Assembly (NCBI GenBank): GCA_903879985.1
Contig: CAIRNR010000007.1
Coordinates: 531,519 to 583,924, forward strand
DNA: 52,406 bases
Direction of reading: 5' to 3'
DNA from: an uncultured candidate division WWE3 bacterium
Lineage (GTDB): Bacteria > Patescibacteriota > WWE3 > UBA101185 > UBA10185
Position numbers and translations under genes: made by a program. Below are positions 44,330-52,406 of this stretch, in pieces (position 1 is the first letter of the stretch; the number at the start of each line of letters is the position of its first letter). The notes beneath the pieces were generated by a model. The model did no database searches. It saw nothing but the letters and a program-made list of their open reading frames with translations, and was not told where the DNA came from.

Positions 44330-45223
44330 ATGAATTATTCTGTTAAGGACATATTAGGCGTTAAAGTGGCTTTTGGGCTAACTGTGCCAAACGTACTCTC
44401 TATTATAAAGGATGACTATCTGAAAGATGGTAAGTGTCACTATATATGTACTACAAATCCTGAGTTCATTATGGACGCGCAAAAGGATAGTGCCTTTAAA
44501 GAAATAATTAATGCTGCAGATTTATCAGTTCCTGACGGAAATGGTGTTTTATTTGCTAAGGCATATTTAGAACACGTTAGTAAGTTTCAGAAAAATATTT
44601 TTTTAGGATTTCGTTCATTTATTTATGGCGTGTGGTTAGGTATGTCTTCCATGTTTAGAAATGCACATTTGGGGGATACCATAAGTGGTGTTGAATTAAC
44701 TGATAGATTGTGCGAACTCTCGTCTATGACAAATGCCAGTATATTTTTATTAGGTGGTTGGCCACGTGACAATAAAGGAAATTTTGTAAAGAATCCGGAT
44801 TATGATTTCGCCACTTTGGCAGCTATTAAAATTAAGGAGAAATATCCTAATGTAAATATAATTGGCGCAACGTCGCAATTTACATACGAGGAAAAGTATG
44901 ACGAAGTTACCGTTAATTACATCAAAGAGTGTATGAGTAACAAAGGTGTTCAACGTCTCGATTTTCTCTTTGTGGCATACAACCACATAAAGCAAGAGAA
45001 ATGGATTGTGCGCAATAATTTTAAAGTGTTAGCAAACGTAAGCATCGGCGTTGGAGGCACATTTGATTACATTACCGGTATATATAAGTTAGCACCTGCC
45101 ATGTACCGTAATAGCAGACTCGAGTGGCTATATAAATTTATCATGCAGCCGTGGCGTTATAGAAGAATTATGAACGCATTTCCGCTTTTTCCATTAAAGG
45201 TATTCTTTGCATCTCTCAAATAA
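44330..45223 (+). CDS. WecB/TagA/CpsF family glycosyltransferase
   Basis: Family patterns ICTTNPEFIMDA and DLSVPDGNGVLFAK, with a longer than usual middle region. Confidence 0.75.
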   Translation: MNYSVKDILGVKVAFGLTVPNVLSIIKDDYLKDGKCHYICTTNPEFIMDAQKDSAFKEIINAADLSVPDGNGVLFAKAYLEHVSKFQKNIFLGFRSFIYGVWLGMSSMFRNAHLGDTISGVELTDRLCELSSMTNASIFLLGGWPRDNKGNFVKNPDYDFATLAAIKIKEKYPNVNIIGATSQFTYEEKYDEVTVNYIKECMSNKGVQRLDFLFVAYNHIKQEKWIVRNNFKVLANVSIGVGGTFDYITGIYKLAPAMYRNSRLEWLYKFIMQPWRYRRIMNAFPLFPLKVFFASLK

Positions 45224-45291
45224 TTTAAATTAGTTTTAATCTTCATTCGACATCTATTGACATGCATTGTTACACGTGTTTTCATTTAGTC

Positions 45292-46230
45292 ATGATAAAA
45301 CTTGATGATAAATTATATACGTCTTCCGAAGTCGCAGATATTCTTGGTGTAAGTTTGAGATCTGTTTACAGATATATAGAAGAAAGTAAGTTGGTTCCTG
45401 AGGTAAAGACTGCTACTGGCAGACATCGCTTTACAAAGCAGAACATTATTGACTTTTTATACCCAAATGGCGAGGAGCCTGCTGCGGAAATTTCCCGTAC
45501 GCCAGTACAGAGACCTGTCGTGCAAGAATATGTACAAAGAGAGAAGCCAGTTCAGCCTGTTAGACCTGTATTCGAAGAAAAGGCACGACAACCGGTGAAA
45601 GAAGTTCCTTTTGTGTCGGAGCGTGAAATGGCACCAGAGGCAGAAGCCGAACCAGTTGCTGAACCTATTGATTGGCTAGCAAAATTTCGAGAAGCCGCCC
45701 GTAAATTTGAAGAATCTACTCCCGCACCAATTCCTACGCCAACGCCAGTACGTGAAGTTAGGGAACAAGTGTCTATGCCAAGTGCACCAACTTTTGCTCG
45801 TGAAAGTTTTACAGGATTTTCTGCACCAGTAGCTGCACCTACAGAAGAAAGACTTTACTTTAGAAGTAGATTAGGTGGTTTAAAAGATATTGCCCAAAAC
45901 ATTGACAAAACATCACGTAATTCCGGATTAAGCTATGCTTTCACCTTAAGTGCAGGTTTGTCATTATATAAAGCTATAAAACCATTTAGCATGTTGCATG
46001 TTTACGTGAAAAATAAAGATAAAGATTTCTATGAAAGGGTATTAATGCTCACACCTTCAGACGAAAATAACGCTCAACTTTGCTTGATCGTTGCCGATGA
46101 AAGTTCTATATATGACAACCGCGACGAACTTCATGGCTTATATGTCGTTGCAAAAAACAAGCTAAGTAAAGATATTAAGGCTTCTGCAGACGATTCATTG
46201 ATAGATGAAGCCCAAAGTATTATTGGCTAA
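45292..46230 (+). CDS. HTH (MerR/excisionase-type) domain protein with a Pro-rich linker and an uncharacterised C-terminal domain, 312 aa (start trimmed)
   Basis: YTSSEVADILGVSLRSVYRYIEESKL. The upstream ATG at 45262 lies inside the TTGACA -35 (45257-45262). The -10 is TTTCAT (45280-45285), 7 nt before ATG 45292. Confidence 0.65.
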   Translation: MIKLDDKLYTSSEVADILGVSLRSVYRYIEESKLVPEVKTATGRHRFTKQNIIDFLYPNGEEPAAEISRTPVQRPVVQEYVQREKPVQPVRPVFEEKARQPVKEVPFVSEREMAPEAEAEPVAEPIDWLAKFREAARKFEESTPAPIPTPTPVREVREQVSMPSAPTFARESFTGFSAPVAAPTEERLYFRSRLGGLKDIAQNIDKTSRNSGLSYAFTLSAGLSLYKAIKPFSMLHVYVKNKDKDFYERVLMLTPSDENNAQLCLIVADESSIYDNRDELHGLYVVAKNKLSKDIKASADDSLIDEAQSIIG

Positions 46231-46254
46231 GTTTAGTACAATTGTTGACTTTTT

Positions 46255-46288
46255 AGAGGGCCGCTTAATATGCGGTCCTCTTTTGTGT
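46255..46288 (+). terminator. rho-independent terminator
   Basis: AGAGGGCCGC (46255-46264) pairs with GCGGTCCTCT (46272-46281), 10 bp with one G.U, around a 7-nt loop. TTTGTGTT follows. Confidence 0.7.
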
Positions 46289-46300
46289 TAAAATAGGGCA

Positions 46301-47827
46301 ATGAACTCAGCTAAGAAGTTAAAAGTTCTAATGGTTTCCGCAGAAGCATCACCTTACGCCTCAGTTGGCGGTGCCGGATCCGTTATTGCCAATTTATCCA
46401 AAGCCCTTGTTAAAATAGGTTGTGACGTTCGCGTCTTTATTCCAAAATTTGGACTTATAGATTCCAATGTATATCCTATGGATACAGCATTTGTAGGGTT
46501 ACGTGTTCCTACAGATGATCCCACAACGCCAGAACTTATATGTAATGTTAAGACATTAAAAACTGACAGTGGTGTGACATTTTATTTCTTAGAGAATCAA
46601 GAATATTTTGAAAAAAGAGCTAACGTTTATGGCTATAGCGACGATCCTACTCGCTTTTTATTACTCTCCAGAGGTGCTATAGAATTCATTAAGACAAAGA
46701 TCTTTGTTCCCGATGTCATACATTGTAATGACTGGCATACTGGTGCGCTTCCTTGTTACCTAAAGAGTACCTATAAAGACGATGCCTTGCTCAAGGATAT
46801 TTCTACCATTTATACAATTCATAATTTGGCATTCCAGGGTATTGCTGATCATCGCCATGTATCTGAACTTAACTATGATGATGGTCGTTCTCGCTTTGGT
46901 TCATTTTTCTCTGATAGAACGCTCACATTAAATTTTATGCGCAGAGGTATTTTATATGCGGATGCGGTTAACACAGTTTCCAAAACATATGCCAAAGAAA
47001 TATTAACTCCGGAATTTGGCGAGGGTTTAGATAAATTATTATTAGAACTACGCGGCAAACTTTTTGGAATTGTTAATGGAATTGATTACGATGATTACAA
47101 TCCTTTAACGGATCGGCTTATTGCGAAAAACTATGACGTAAATTCTTTGGCCGCACGCAGTGCTAATAAGACTGCTCTTCAAAAAGAATTTGATTTGCCC
47201 GTAAACCCTGACACTATGGTTTTTGGATATGTTGGGCGTTTAGACTTTATGAAGGGTGTTGATATGCTAATTTCGGTTATGAAACAGGCATTGAAAGAAT
47301 TTGACATACAATTTGTACAAGTTGGCGCTGGTGATTGGAACTTGATAGAGCATTTGCAGAAGCTTAAGCAGGCGTTTCCAAAGAAAGTTGGCATACATAC
47401 TTACCCGAATTTCACATTACCTAAGTTGGTATTTGCAGGTAGTGATTGTATGGTAGTTCCATCTAGATTCGAACCTTGTGGTATCGTTCCTATTGAGGGA
47501 ATGCGCTATGGATCTGTGCCAATCGTTCGTAAAGTTGGAGGATTATCTGACATCGTTACCGACTTTGATGCCGTTAAATTAACCGGTACTGGATTTGTAT
47601 TTAACGACTTCAATGAGCTTTCTTTATATGGACAAATAGCACGTGCGTACGAATTACATAAGCACCCTCATATTTGGAGTAGCCTAGTGATTGCCGATAT
47701 GTACGAAGACTTTAGCTGGGGATTTAGTGCAGGTGAATATGTGAAATTATATGAAAACGCGACGACCTTGAGACTGTCCGGAGGGCTTCGTGACGGCACA
47801 TTAGAGGGTGCATTTGGACTTATTTGA
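46301..47827 (+). CDS. glgA: glycogen/starch synthase (GT5) paralog with a non-canonical KXGGL motif
   Basis: KVLMVSAEASPYASVGGAGSVIANL, where SVGGAG replaces K-x-GGL. Other motifs are HCNDWHTG, NGIDYDDYNP and PSRFEPCG. Confidence 0.85.
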   Translation: MNSAKKLKVLMVSAEASPYASVGGAGSVIANLSKALVKIGCDVRVFIPKFGLIDSNVYPMDTAFVGLRVPTDDPTTPELICNVKTLKTDSGVTFYFLENQEYFEKRANVYGYSDDPTRFLLLSRGAIEFIKTKIFVPDVIHCNDWHTGALPCYLKSTYKDDALLKDISTIYTIHNLAFQGIADHRHVSELNYDDGRSRFGSFFSDRTLTLNFMRRGILYADAVNTVSKTYAKEILTPEFGEGLDKLLLELRGKLFGIVNGIDYDDYNPLTDRLIAKNYDVNSLAARSANKTALQKEFDLPVNPDTMVFGYVGRLDFMKGVDMLISVMKQALKEFDIQFVQVGAGDWNLIEHLQKLKQAFPKKVGIHTYPNFTLPKLVFAGSDCMVVPSRFEPCGIVPIEGMRYGSVPIVRKVGGLSDIVTDFDAVKLTGTGFVFNDFNELSLYGQIARAYELHKHPHIWSSLVIADMYEDFSWGFSAGEYVKLYENATTLRLSGGLRDGTLEGAFGLI

Positions 47828-47858
47828 CAAGCCTATAATTATTTGTTAGTATTTTTGC

Positions 47859-47973
47859 AAGTTGAAGGCTGAGATCCGGAATAGACATTAAAGTTTCTTA
47901 TGATGTGGGCAGGATTATAAGAAGCCGTCTTTTCCGGATCCTATTCTTCAACTTTTGCGTTTCTTTTTTTTTT
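47859..47973 (+). ncRNA. candidate ~115-nt structured RNA (or an unusually long terminator/attenuator) between glgA and the GH57 gene
   Basis: Upstream promoter: TTGACA (47824-47829, overlapping the glgA stop), 17 nt, TAGTAT (47847-47852). The rod-like hairpin has ~31 bp: 47859-47867/47946-47954, 47873-47881/47932-47940, 47883-47886/47927-47930 and 47893-47901/47917-47925. The apical loop is GATGTGGGCAGGATT. TTGCGTTTCTTTTTTTTTT follows. Confidence 0.35.
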
Positions 47974-48026
47974 GCCCAATTTGCCTCCCTTTGACAACAC
48001 CCAGTCTTTACTACATAATATTGAAT

Positions 48027-49286
48027 GTGAAAGTGGCAATTTTACTTCATCTTTATCAACCTATCACACAGGAGGAGACTGTATTCAAACAGGTTTACTC
48101 TGAGTGCTATCTTCCATTACTAAAACTAATAAAAAATAAAAAGAGCGTTCATTTTACTTTAAACGTTCCATTGAGTCTTTTTGAATTAATGGATAAATAT
48201 GGACATGCTGATTGGGTAAGTGACTTAAAAGAGTTACATAATCAAGATCGTGTAGAGCTAACTGGTTGTGCTGCTTATCATTCTTTATTAACAAAGATAC
48301 CTACTGTATATGCTGAAAAACAAATTGTTTTAAACGAGTATGGCCTTGGTTATTATGTTGGAGCACATCGTGGGTTTGAAGGTGAACCTACATTTCTATT
48401 AAAGAATGTTAATGGTTTCTTTCCTCCTGAGCTTGCTGTAAGTAATAACGTTGCAAAGTTAATTGATTCATTTGGTTACAATTGGATTCTTGCCGATGAA
48501 ACTGCGCTTCCATGGGAAGTGAAAATGGATCGTTCTAAGTCGGATGCTTATAATTTAGCTGGTTTGGAAACTAAACTTGTAATCAGAGATCGTGACTTTA
48601 GTAACATTCTTTCATTTAAGCGCGATCTGGAAACACAAGATATTAGTAATTACGTTAGAGGCTTGAAACATAGAGAGTCAGCAGTTGTTGTAGCACTTGA
48701 TGGCGAAACTTTTGGACATCACTACAAAGATGGTATTTATCTTCTAGAATCTGTTTTAGATATTCTTTCTGAAGAAGGTATTGATGTTCTTTCCGTTTCC
48801 GACTCAATGGACTACATGACATTTAAGGATATTTCCGGAGTAGTGGAATCCACCTGGGGAGCCTCTGATGCAGATATCGCTTGTGGAAATATATATCCAT
48901 ATTGGGACATTCAGGACAACGACCTTCAGAAACTATTATGGAATTTAGAGACACTTCTACTTAACACTGTACGACCTGACTATGCTAAGGGCGATTTAAG
49001 TGACTATACAAACACTCCAATATGGAAAGATAGTGCCTTAGCGCCAATTGAAGACAAAAAGATTGTAGCGAGTATTCAAAATACGGTACTCTTACTTAAA
49101 TTCATGAACAGTGATAAATACTGGTGGTCTTCTAGACAAACCCTGCCAAATGGAAAAACACTATATCACCCTGGTATGATTAATAGCTCGTTAGATATTG
49201 CCATGACGTTAGCGCGTTCTCTAGACGATACAAAACTTGGTGATGAGATCGCTGCAAAGCTCCAAGATATAAAAGCCCTATTATAA
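48027..49286 (+). CDS. glycoside hydrolase family 57-like enzyme (alpha-glucan processing)
   Basis: N-terminal LHLYQP, PPELAVS, and the nucleophile region LDGETFGHH. The start is uncertain (in-frame TTG 48021, GTG 48027, GTG 48033). Promoter: TTGACA (47991-47996), 17 nt, CATAAT (48014-48019). Confidence 0.75.
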   Translation: MKVAILLHLYQPITQEETVFKQVYSECYLPLLKLIKNKKSVHFTLNVPLSLFELMDKYGHADWVSDLKELHNQDRVELTGCAAYHSLLTKIPTVYAEKQIVLNEYGLGYYVGAHRGFEGEPTFLLKNVNGFFPPELAVSNNVAKLIDSFGYNWILADETALPWEVKMDRSKSDAYNLAGLETKLVIRDRDFSNILSFKRDLETQDISNYVRGLKHRESAVVVALDGETFGHHYKDGIYLLESVLDILSEEGIDVLSVSDSMDYMTFKDISGVVESTWGASDADIACGNIYPYWDIQDNDLQKLLWNLETLLLNTVRPDYAKGDLSDYTNTPIWKDSALAPIEDKKIVASIQNTVLLLKFMNSDKYWWSSRQTLPNGKTLYHPGMINSSLDIAMTLARSLDDTKLGDEIAAKLQDIKALL

Positions 49287-49311
49287 GCTTATAGGTATAT
49301 AATAGACGCAT

Positions 49312-50811
49312 ATGAAATGGTTAAACTTCTTACACTTCTATCAACCTGCTACTCAACAATTCGATGTTCTTGAGGCTGTGGTAACACAGAGCTATTTACC
49401 CATATTTAAAAAAATTAATGAGACACCAGACGCACAACTAACCATTAACATTTCCGGATCGTTATTAGAGCTTTTCGACAAGTTCAAATATCATAATTTA
49501 ATAGATTTAATTTGCCAGTCTGTTGCCGAGGGTAAAGTAGAATTAACAGGTTCTTGCATGTACCACGCTTTAGTACCACTTATTCCAGCTGACGAATTAA
49601 GCAGACAAATAAAGACAAACACGGAAGCTCTTAAGTTTTATGTGAATAAAGATATCAACCCAAAAGGATTTTTTCCTCCCGAAATGGCATACAGTCCCAC
49701 CGCTAATGCTGTCATAAAAGAATCAGGTTTTTCATGGATTGTACTTGATGAGATAGCTTACGCTGGTGGTAAGTCTTCGCCATCTCCTGCCAAGTTGTAT
49801 GAAACTGCGGATACAGGCTTAAAACTATTCTTTAGAGATCGTCGTGTTAGTAACTTAGTCATGGCTGCTGTTGCTAGAACGCCTGAAACAATAAAGGAAG
49901 CTTTAAAGGAAGAGTTTAAATCACGTGATTATTTGGTCACAGGTATGGATGGAGAAACCTTTGGCCATCATAGACCTGGTCTTGAAACTCTTTTATTTGA
50001 AATAATGCGTAAAGATAATTTTAATACTCAGAAAATTTCTGATTTTCTTGCCGAAAACCAAATGCGTCTCCCGGTAGAAAAGGTAAACATTGTCGCATCT
50101 ACGTGGGCAAGTAGTTACAAAGATATTTCTGATGGGGTTCAATTTTGTTCTTGGCAAGATCCTACAAATGTCATACATAAAAACCAGTGGGAATTTTTAA
50201 ATCTTGCCTTGGGGCTTGTAAAAAGCGTTTCTCCAGACATACAAGGTTATGAAATGTTAAGAAAAAAGATGGATGTTGCTTTGGCTAGCGATCACTTCTG
50301 GTGGGCGTGTGCTAAACCGTGGTGGAGTATCGAGATGATTGAAGATGGCGCATTTAAACTCCTTGATTTGGTAAGAAGTGTTCCAAACGTAGACAAATCT
50401 TCACTAGAAACTGCAAGTAGATATTATGAGACAATTGTGTCCATAGCTTTTGATTGGCAACGCACCGGAAAGATAAGAGAAATGAATCGCCAACGAAATG
50501 AATATCAACGAATTCCATTTAAAGAAAGAACCTTAGAGAAAGGTGGACATCAGGCAGCAGTTTATGAAGCATTTATTTCTATGTTTAAAGATCAAGAGCA
50601 GAAAGCAGTTAAAACACGCGAATATGAAAAAGCCATGATGTGGAGAGATGCGTTATTTAAAATTGAAAATAAATTAGATATTTTTGAAACCATGAATGCT
50701 GTTGATCTCCTTAGAATCGAAATAGGTAATGGTGAAGTAGAAAGAATGTTAGATAAATATACTGAAAAGTTTCACCAAATCCGCGGTGGACAACCCGAAC
50801 AAAGAGATTAA
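49312..50811 (+). CDS. glycoside hydrolase family 57-like enzyme, second paralog
   Basis: LHFYQP, PPEMAYS, MDGETFGHH, and a longer helical C-terminal domain. Confidence 0.8.
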   Translation: MKWLNFLHFYQPATQQFDVLEAVVTQSYLPIFKKINETPDAQLTINISGSLLELFDKFKYHNLIDLICQSVAEGKVELTGSCMYHALVPLIPADELSRQIKTNTEALKFYVNKDINPKGFFPPEMAYSPTANAVIKESGFSWIVLDEIAYAGGKSSPSPAKLYETADTGLKLFFRDRRVSNLVMAAVARTPETIKEALKEEFKSRDYLVTGMDGETFGHHRPGLETLLFEIMRKDNFNTQKISDFLAENQMRLPVEKVNIVASTWASSYKDISDGVQFCSWQDPTNVIHKNQWEFLNLALGLVKSVSPDIQGYEMLRKKMDVALASDHFWWACAKPWWSIEMIEDGAFKLLDLVRSVPNVDKSSLETASRYYETIVSIAFDWQRTGKIREMNRQRNEYQRIPFKERTLEKGGHQAAVYEAFISMFKDQEQKAVKTREYEKAMMWRDALFKIENKLDIFETMNAVDLLRIEIGNGEVERMLDKYTEKFHQIRGGQPEQRD

Positions 50812-50820
50812 AATTACAAT

Positions 50821-52230
50821 ATGAAAATACTTCTCGCTGCCTCAGAAGTTGCTCCAATAATTAAGTTAGGTGGTTTAGGTGATGTCATAGGATCGTTACC
50901 TAAAGCTTTAGAAAAACTGGGCGTAAACGCAGACGTTGTTGTTCCTTACTTTCCTTTAGCAAAAATAGAAAATATAGATATTTATAAAAGTCATGTTATT
51001 GACGTTGAGTTTAATGGCGAAACTATTCCAGTTGATGTTTATAAAGCCAAGCTTCCTGATTCAAATGTTGATGTGTTTATGCTGAAGAATGATAAATATT
51101 TTTCAACTGGTGGTACAAATGCTTACGCTAAAACAATTTCCGAAACTGAAATGTTTTCTTTTTTCGATTCCGCTGTTGTAACTTTTATTGCATCCGAATT
51201 TAACACTTATGACCTAGTACATTGTAATGACTGGCACACCGGTTTAATTACTCATTTGCTTGAAGATGCTATGGGAGATTCACGACCCGCAACTTTATTT
51301 ACAATTCATAATTTAATGTACCAGGGCATCGGTGATGCATCGATTGTACGTGAGGTAGGAATAGTGCCGGGTGAGCACGCATTAATCGATTGGGACATAG
51401 CTGACGGCGATTTAAACATGATTCAACAAGGTGTAACGTCCGCTGATTTTGTTAATGCAGTTTCGCCAAGTTATGCAAAAGAAATATTAACTCCTGAATT
51501 TGGAGGAAAGCTTGTTGATATCTTAAATGATCGTGTCGGGCGTATAACAGGAATAATAAACGGAATTGACTACAAAGCATTTCCAAGATCGTATGACCAA
51601 AATAATTGGCAAACCGAGAAACCAAAAATCAAAAAGCGCTTAATGGAAAAATTAAATTTAACTTACACCGAAGATCGTCCAATTTTTTCATTTATAGGTC
51701 GCGTGGATCCCAATCAAAAAGGATTAGATATATTGCTAGAGGCTGTTCCTGACATTGTAAAAAACGGCGGAGCATTTGTGCTTTTAGGAAGTGGTGACAA
51801 GATTTGGGAAGTTAAGTACCAAGAACTTTGTAACCAGCCAGAACTCAAAGGTAAGGTCTCAATTACAAATAAATTTGATGTAGAACTTGCTGATTTAATT
51901 TACGCAGGAAGTGACTTTTTACTAATTCCATCCAAATATGAACCTTGTGGTTTAATACAAATAATTGCCATGTGGTATGGAACCGTGCCTATTGTTCATG
52001 CCGTAGGCGGTCTTAAAGACACTGTTATAGACCACGTTAATGGCTTGTCATTTGACGAATATTCAGCCGACGCCTTACGTGGTTCACTGAGAAGTGCTAT
52101 GGAGCTTTATAGTTCGCCGGAAGATATGAAGGAAATTATTAATACCACATTAATTCAAGATTTTAGTTGGACGAAAAGTGCTGTTGAATATGCTAAACTT
52201 TATGAAAGGATAATAAAGTCCAGACAATAA
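50821..52230 (+). CDS. glgA: glycogen synthase (GT5), canonical KXGGL motif
   Basis: KILLAASEVAPIIKLGGLGDVIGSLP, HCNDWHTG, NGIDYKAF and PSKYEPCG. Confidence 0.9.
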   Translation: MKILLAASEVAPIIKLGGLGDVIGSLPKALEKLGVNADVVVPYFPLAKIENIDIYKSHVIDVEFNGETIPVDVYKAKLPDSNVDVFMLKNDKYFSTGGTNAYAKTISETEMFSFFDSAVVTFIASEFNTYDLVHCNDWHTGLITHLLEDAMGDSRPATLFTIHNLMYQGIGDASIVREVGIVPGEHALIDWDIADGDLNMIQQGVTSADFVNAVSPSYAKEILTPEFGGKLVDILNDRVGRITGIINGIDYKAFPRSYDQNNWQTEKPKIKKRLMEKLNLTYTEDRPIFSFIGRVDPNQKGLDILLEAVPDIVKNGGAFVLLGSGDKIWEVKYQELCNQPELKGKVSITNKFDVELADLIYAGSDFLLIPSKYEPCGLIQIIAMWYGTVPIVHAVGGLKDTVIDHVNGLSFDEYSADALRGSLRSAMELYSSPEDMKEIINTTLIQDFSWTKSAVEYAKLYERIIKSRQ

Positions 52231-52254
52231 ACACTAAGGACTACCAAACTGCCC

Positions 52255-52406
52255 ATGGGAACATTTATTTTTGATGAATTAACTGGAGTACCAACAATAC
52301 TCGCAACCAATCGTGTTAAACGCACTGATCAAACAGGTGCTGTTGGTGCCTCGCTAGATAAGTCTGTTGCAACTCCCGCCACAGCCACACCACAACCTGC
52401 TACGGC
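52255..52406 (+). CDS. partial CDS (5' end only), possibly a GalT/hexose-1-phosphate nucleotidyltransferase (HIT-like) family protein
   Basis: Hand translation gives MGTFIFDELTGVPTILATNRVKRTDQTG.... The D-x-LTG-x-x-x-I-x-A-x-x-R-x-KR pattern resembles GalT-family N-termini. The ORF runs off the window. Confidence 0.35.
   Translation, partial: MGTFIFDELTGVPTILATNRVKRTDQTGAVGASLDKSVATPATATPQPAT

Noticed and set aside
45262-45291. Upstream ATG at 45262 for the HTH protein, and the start of ORF 47955 for GH57-1
   Set aside because: ATG 45262 sits inside the -35 hexamer. The stretch 47955-48020 encodes a T-run (Phe-rich) and contains the terminator tail and a promoter. The GH57 family starts close to the LHxYQP motif.

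Overview
This 52.4 kb window is a low-GC (about 38-42% by eye) bacterial chromosome segment. It is densely coded and mostly housekeeping. The gene content suggests an uncultivated Patescibacteria/CPR-like or otherwise Gram-positive-type organism: two sortases plus an LPXTG substrate, giant GT-C-like membrane proteins, a split ComEC, GH57 glycogen genes and few Shine-Dalgarno sites. I cannot verify that assignment. In order, the window holds the 3' end of 23S rRNA and a 5S rRNA, then an ORFan three-gene operon, then rpsA and a Firmicutes-like clpC-radA-PIN/TRAM block. Next come a small RHH gene and a two-gene high-GC island of unknown function. After that are two very large membrane glycosyltransferase-like genes, an LPXTG protein with its sortase, and rho with an N-terminal Tyr/Gln/Asn repeat. 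These are followed by an M23/LysM peptidase, obg, tRNA-Ala, an O-antigen-ligase/TPR protein and a membrane-tethered MerR-like protein. A DNA-uptake cluster follows (dprA, comM, arsR-type regulator, comEA, split comEC), then argS, a phosphoesterase, ndk and an atypical adenylate-kinase-like gene. tRNA-Ser sits next to a small zinc-ribbon gene module, a CaCA-type transporter, tRNA-Arg and tRNA-Pro. The rest is a thiol-disulfide module, a second sortase, PEGA and TagA-like genes, and a glycogen cluster (2 glgA, 2 GH57, partial GalT-like). The best candidates for something new are the high-GC ORFan pair with a shared 5' RNA-like motif (10.3-12.4 kb), the tRNA-Ser-adjacent zinc-ribbon module (37.8-38.9 kb), the ORFan operon beside the rRNAs, the prion-like Rho N-terminus, and a promoter-to-terminator structured RNA unit at 47.8-48.0 kb. 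All function calls rest on motifs read from the translations. No searches were run.
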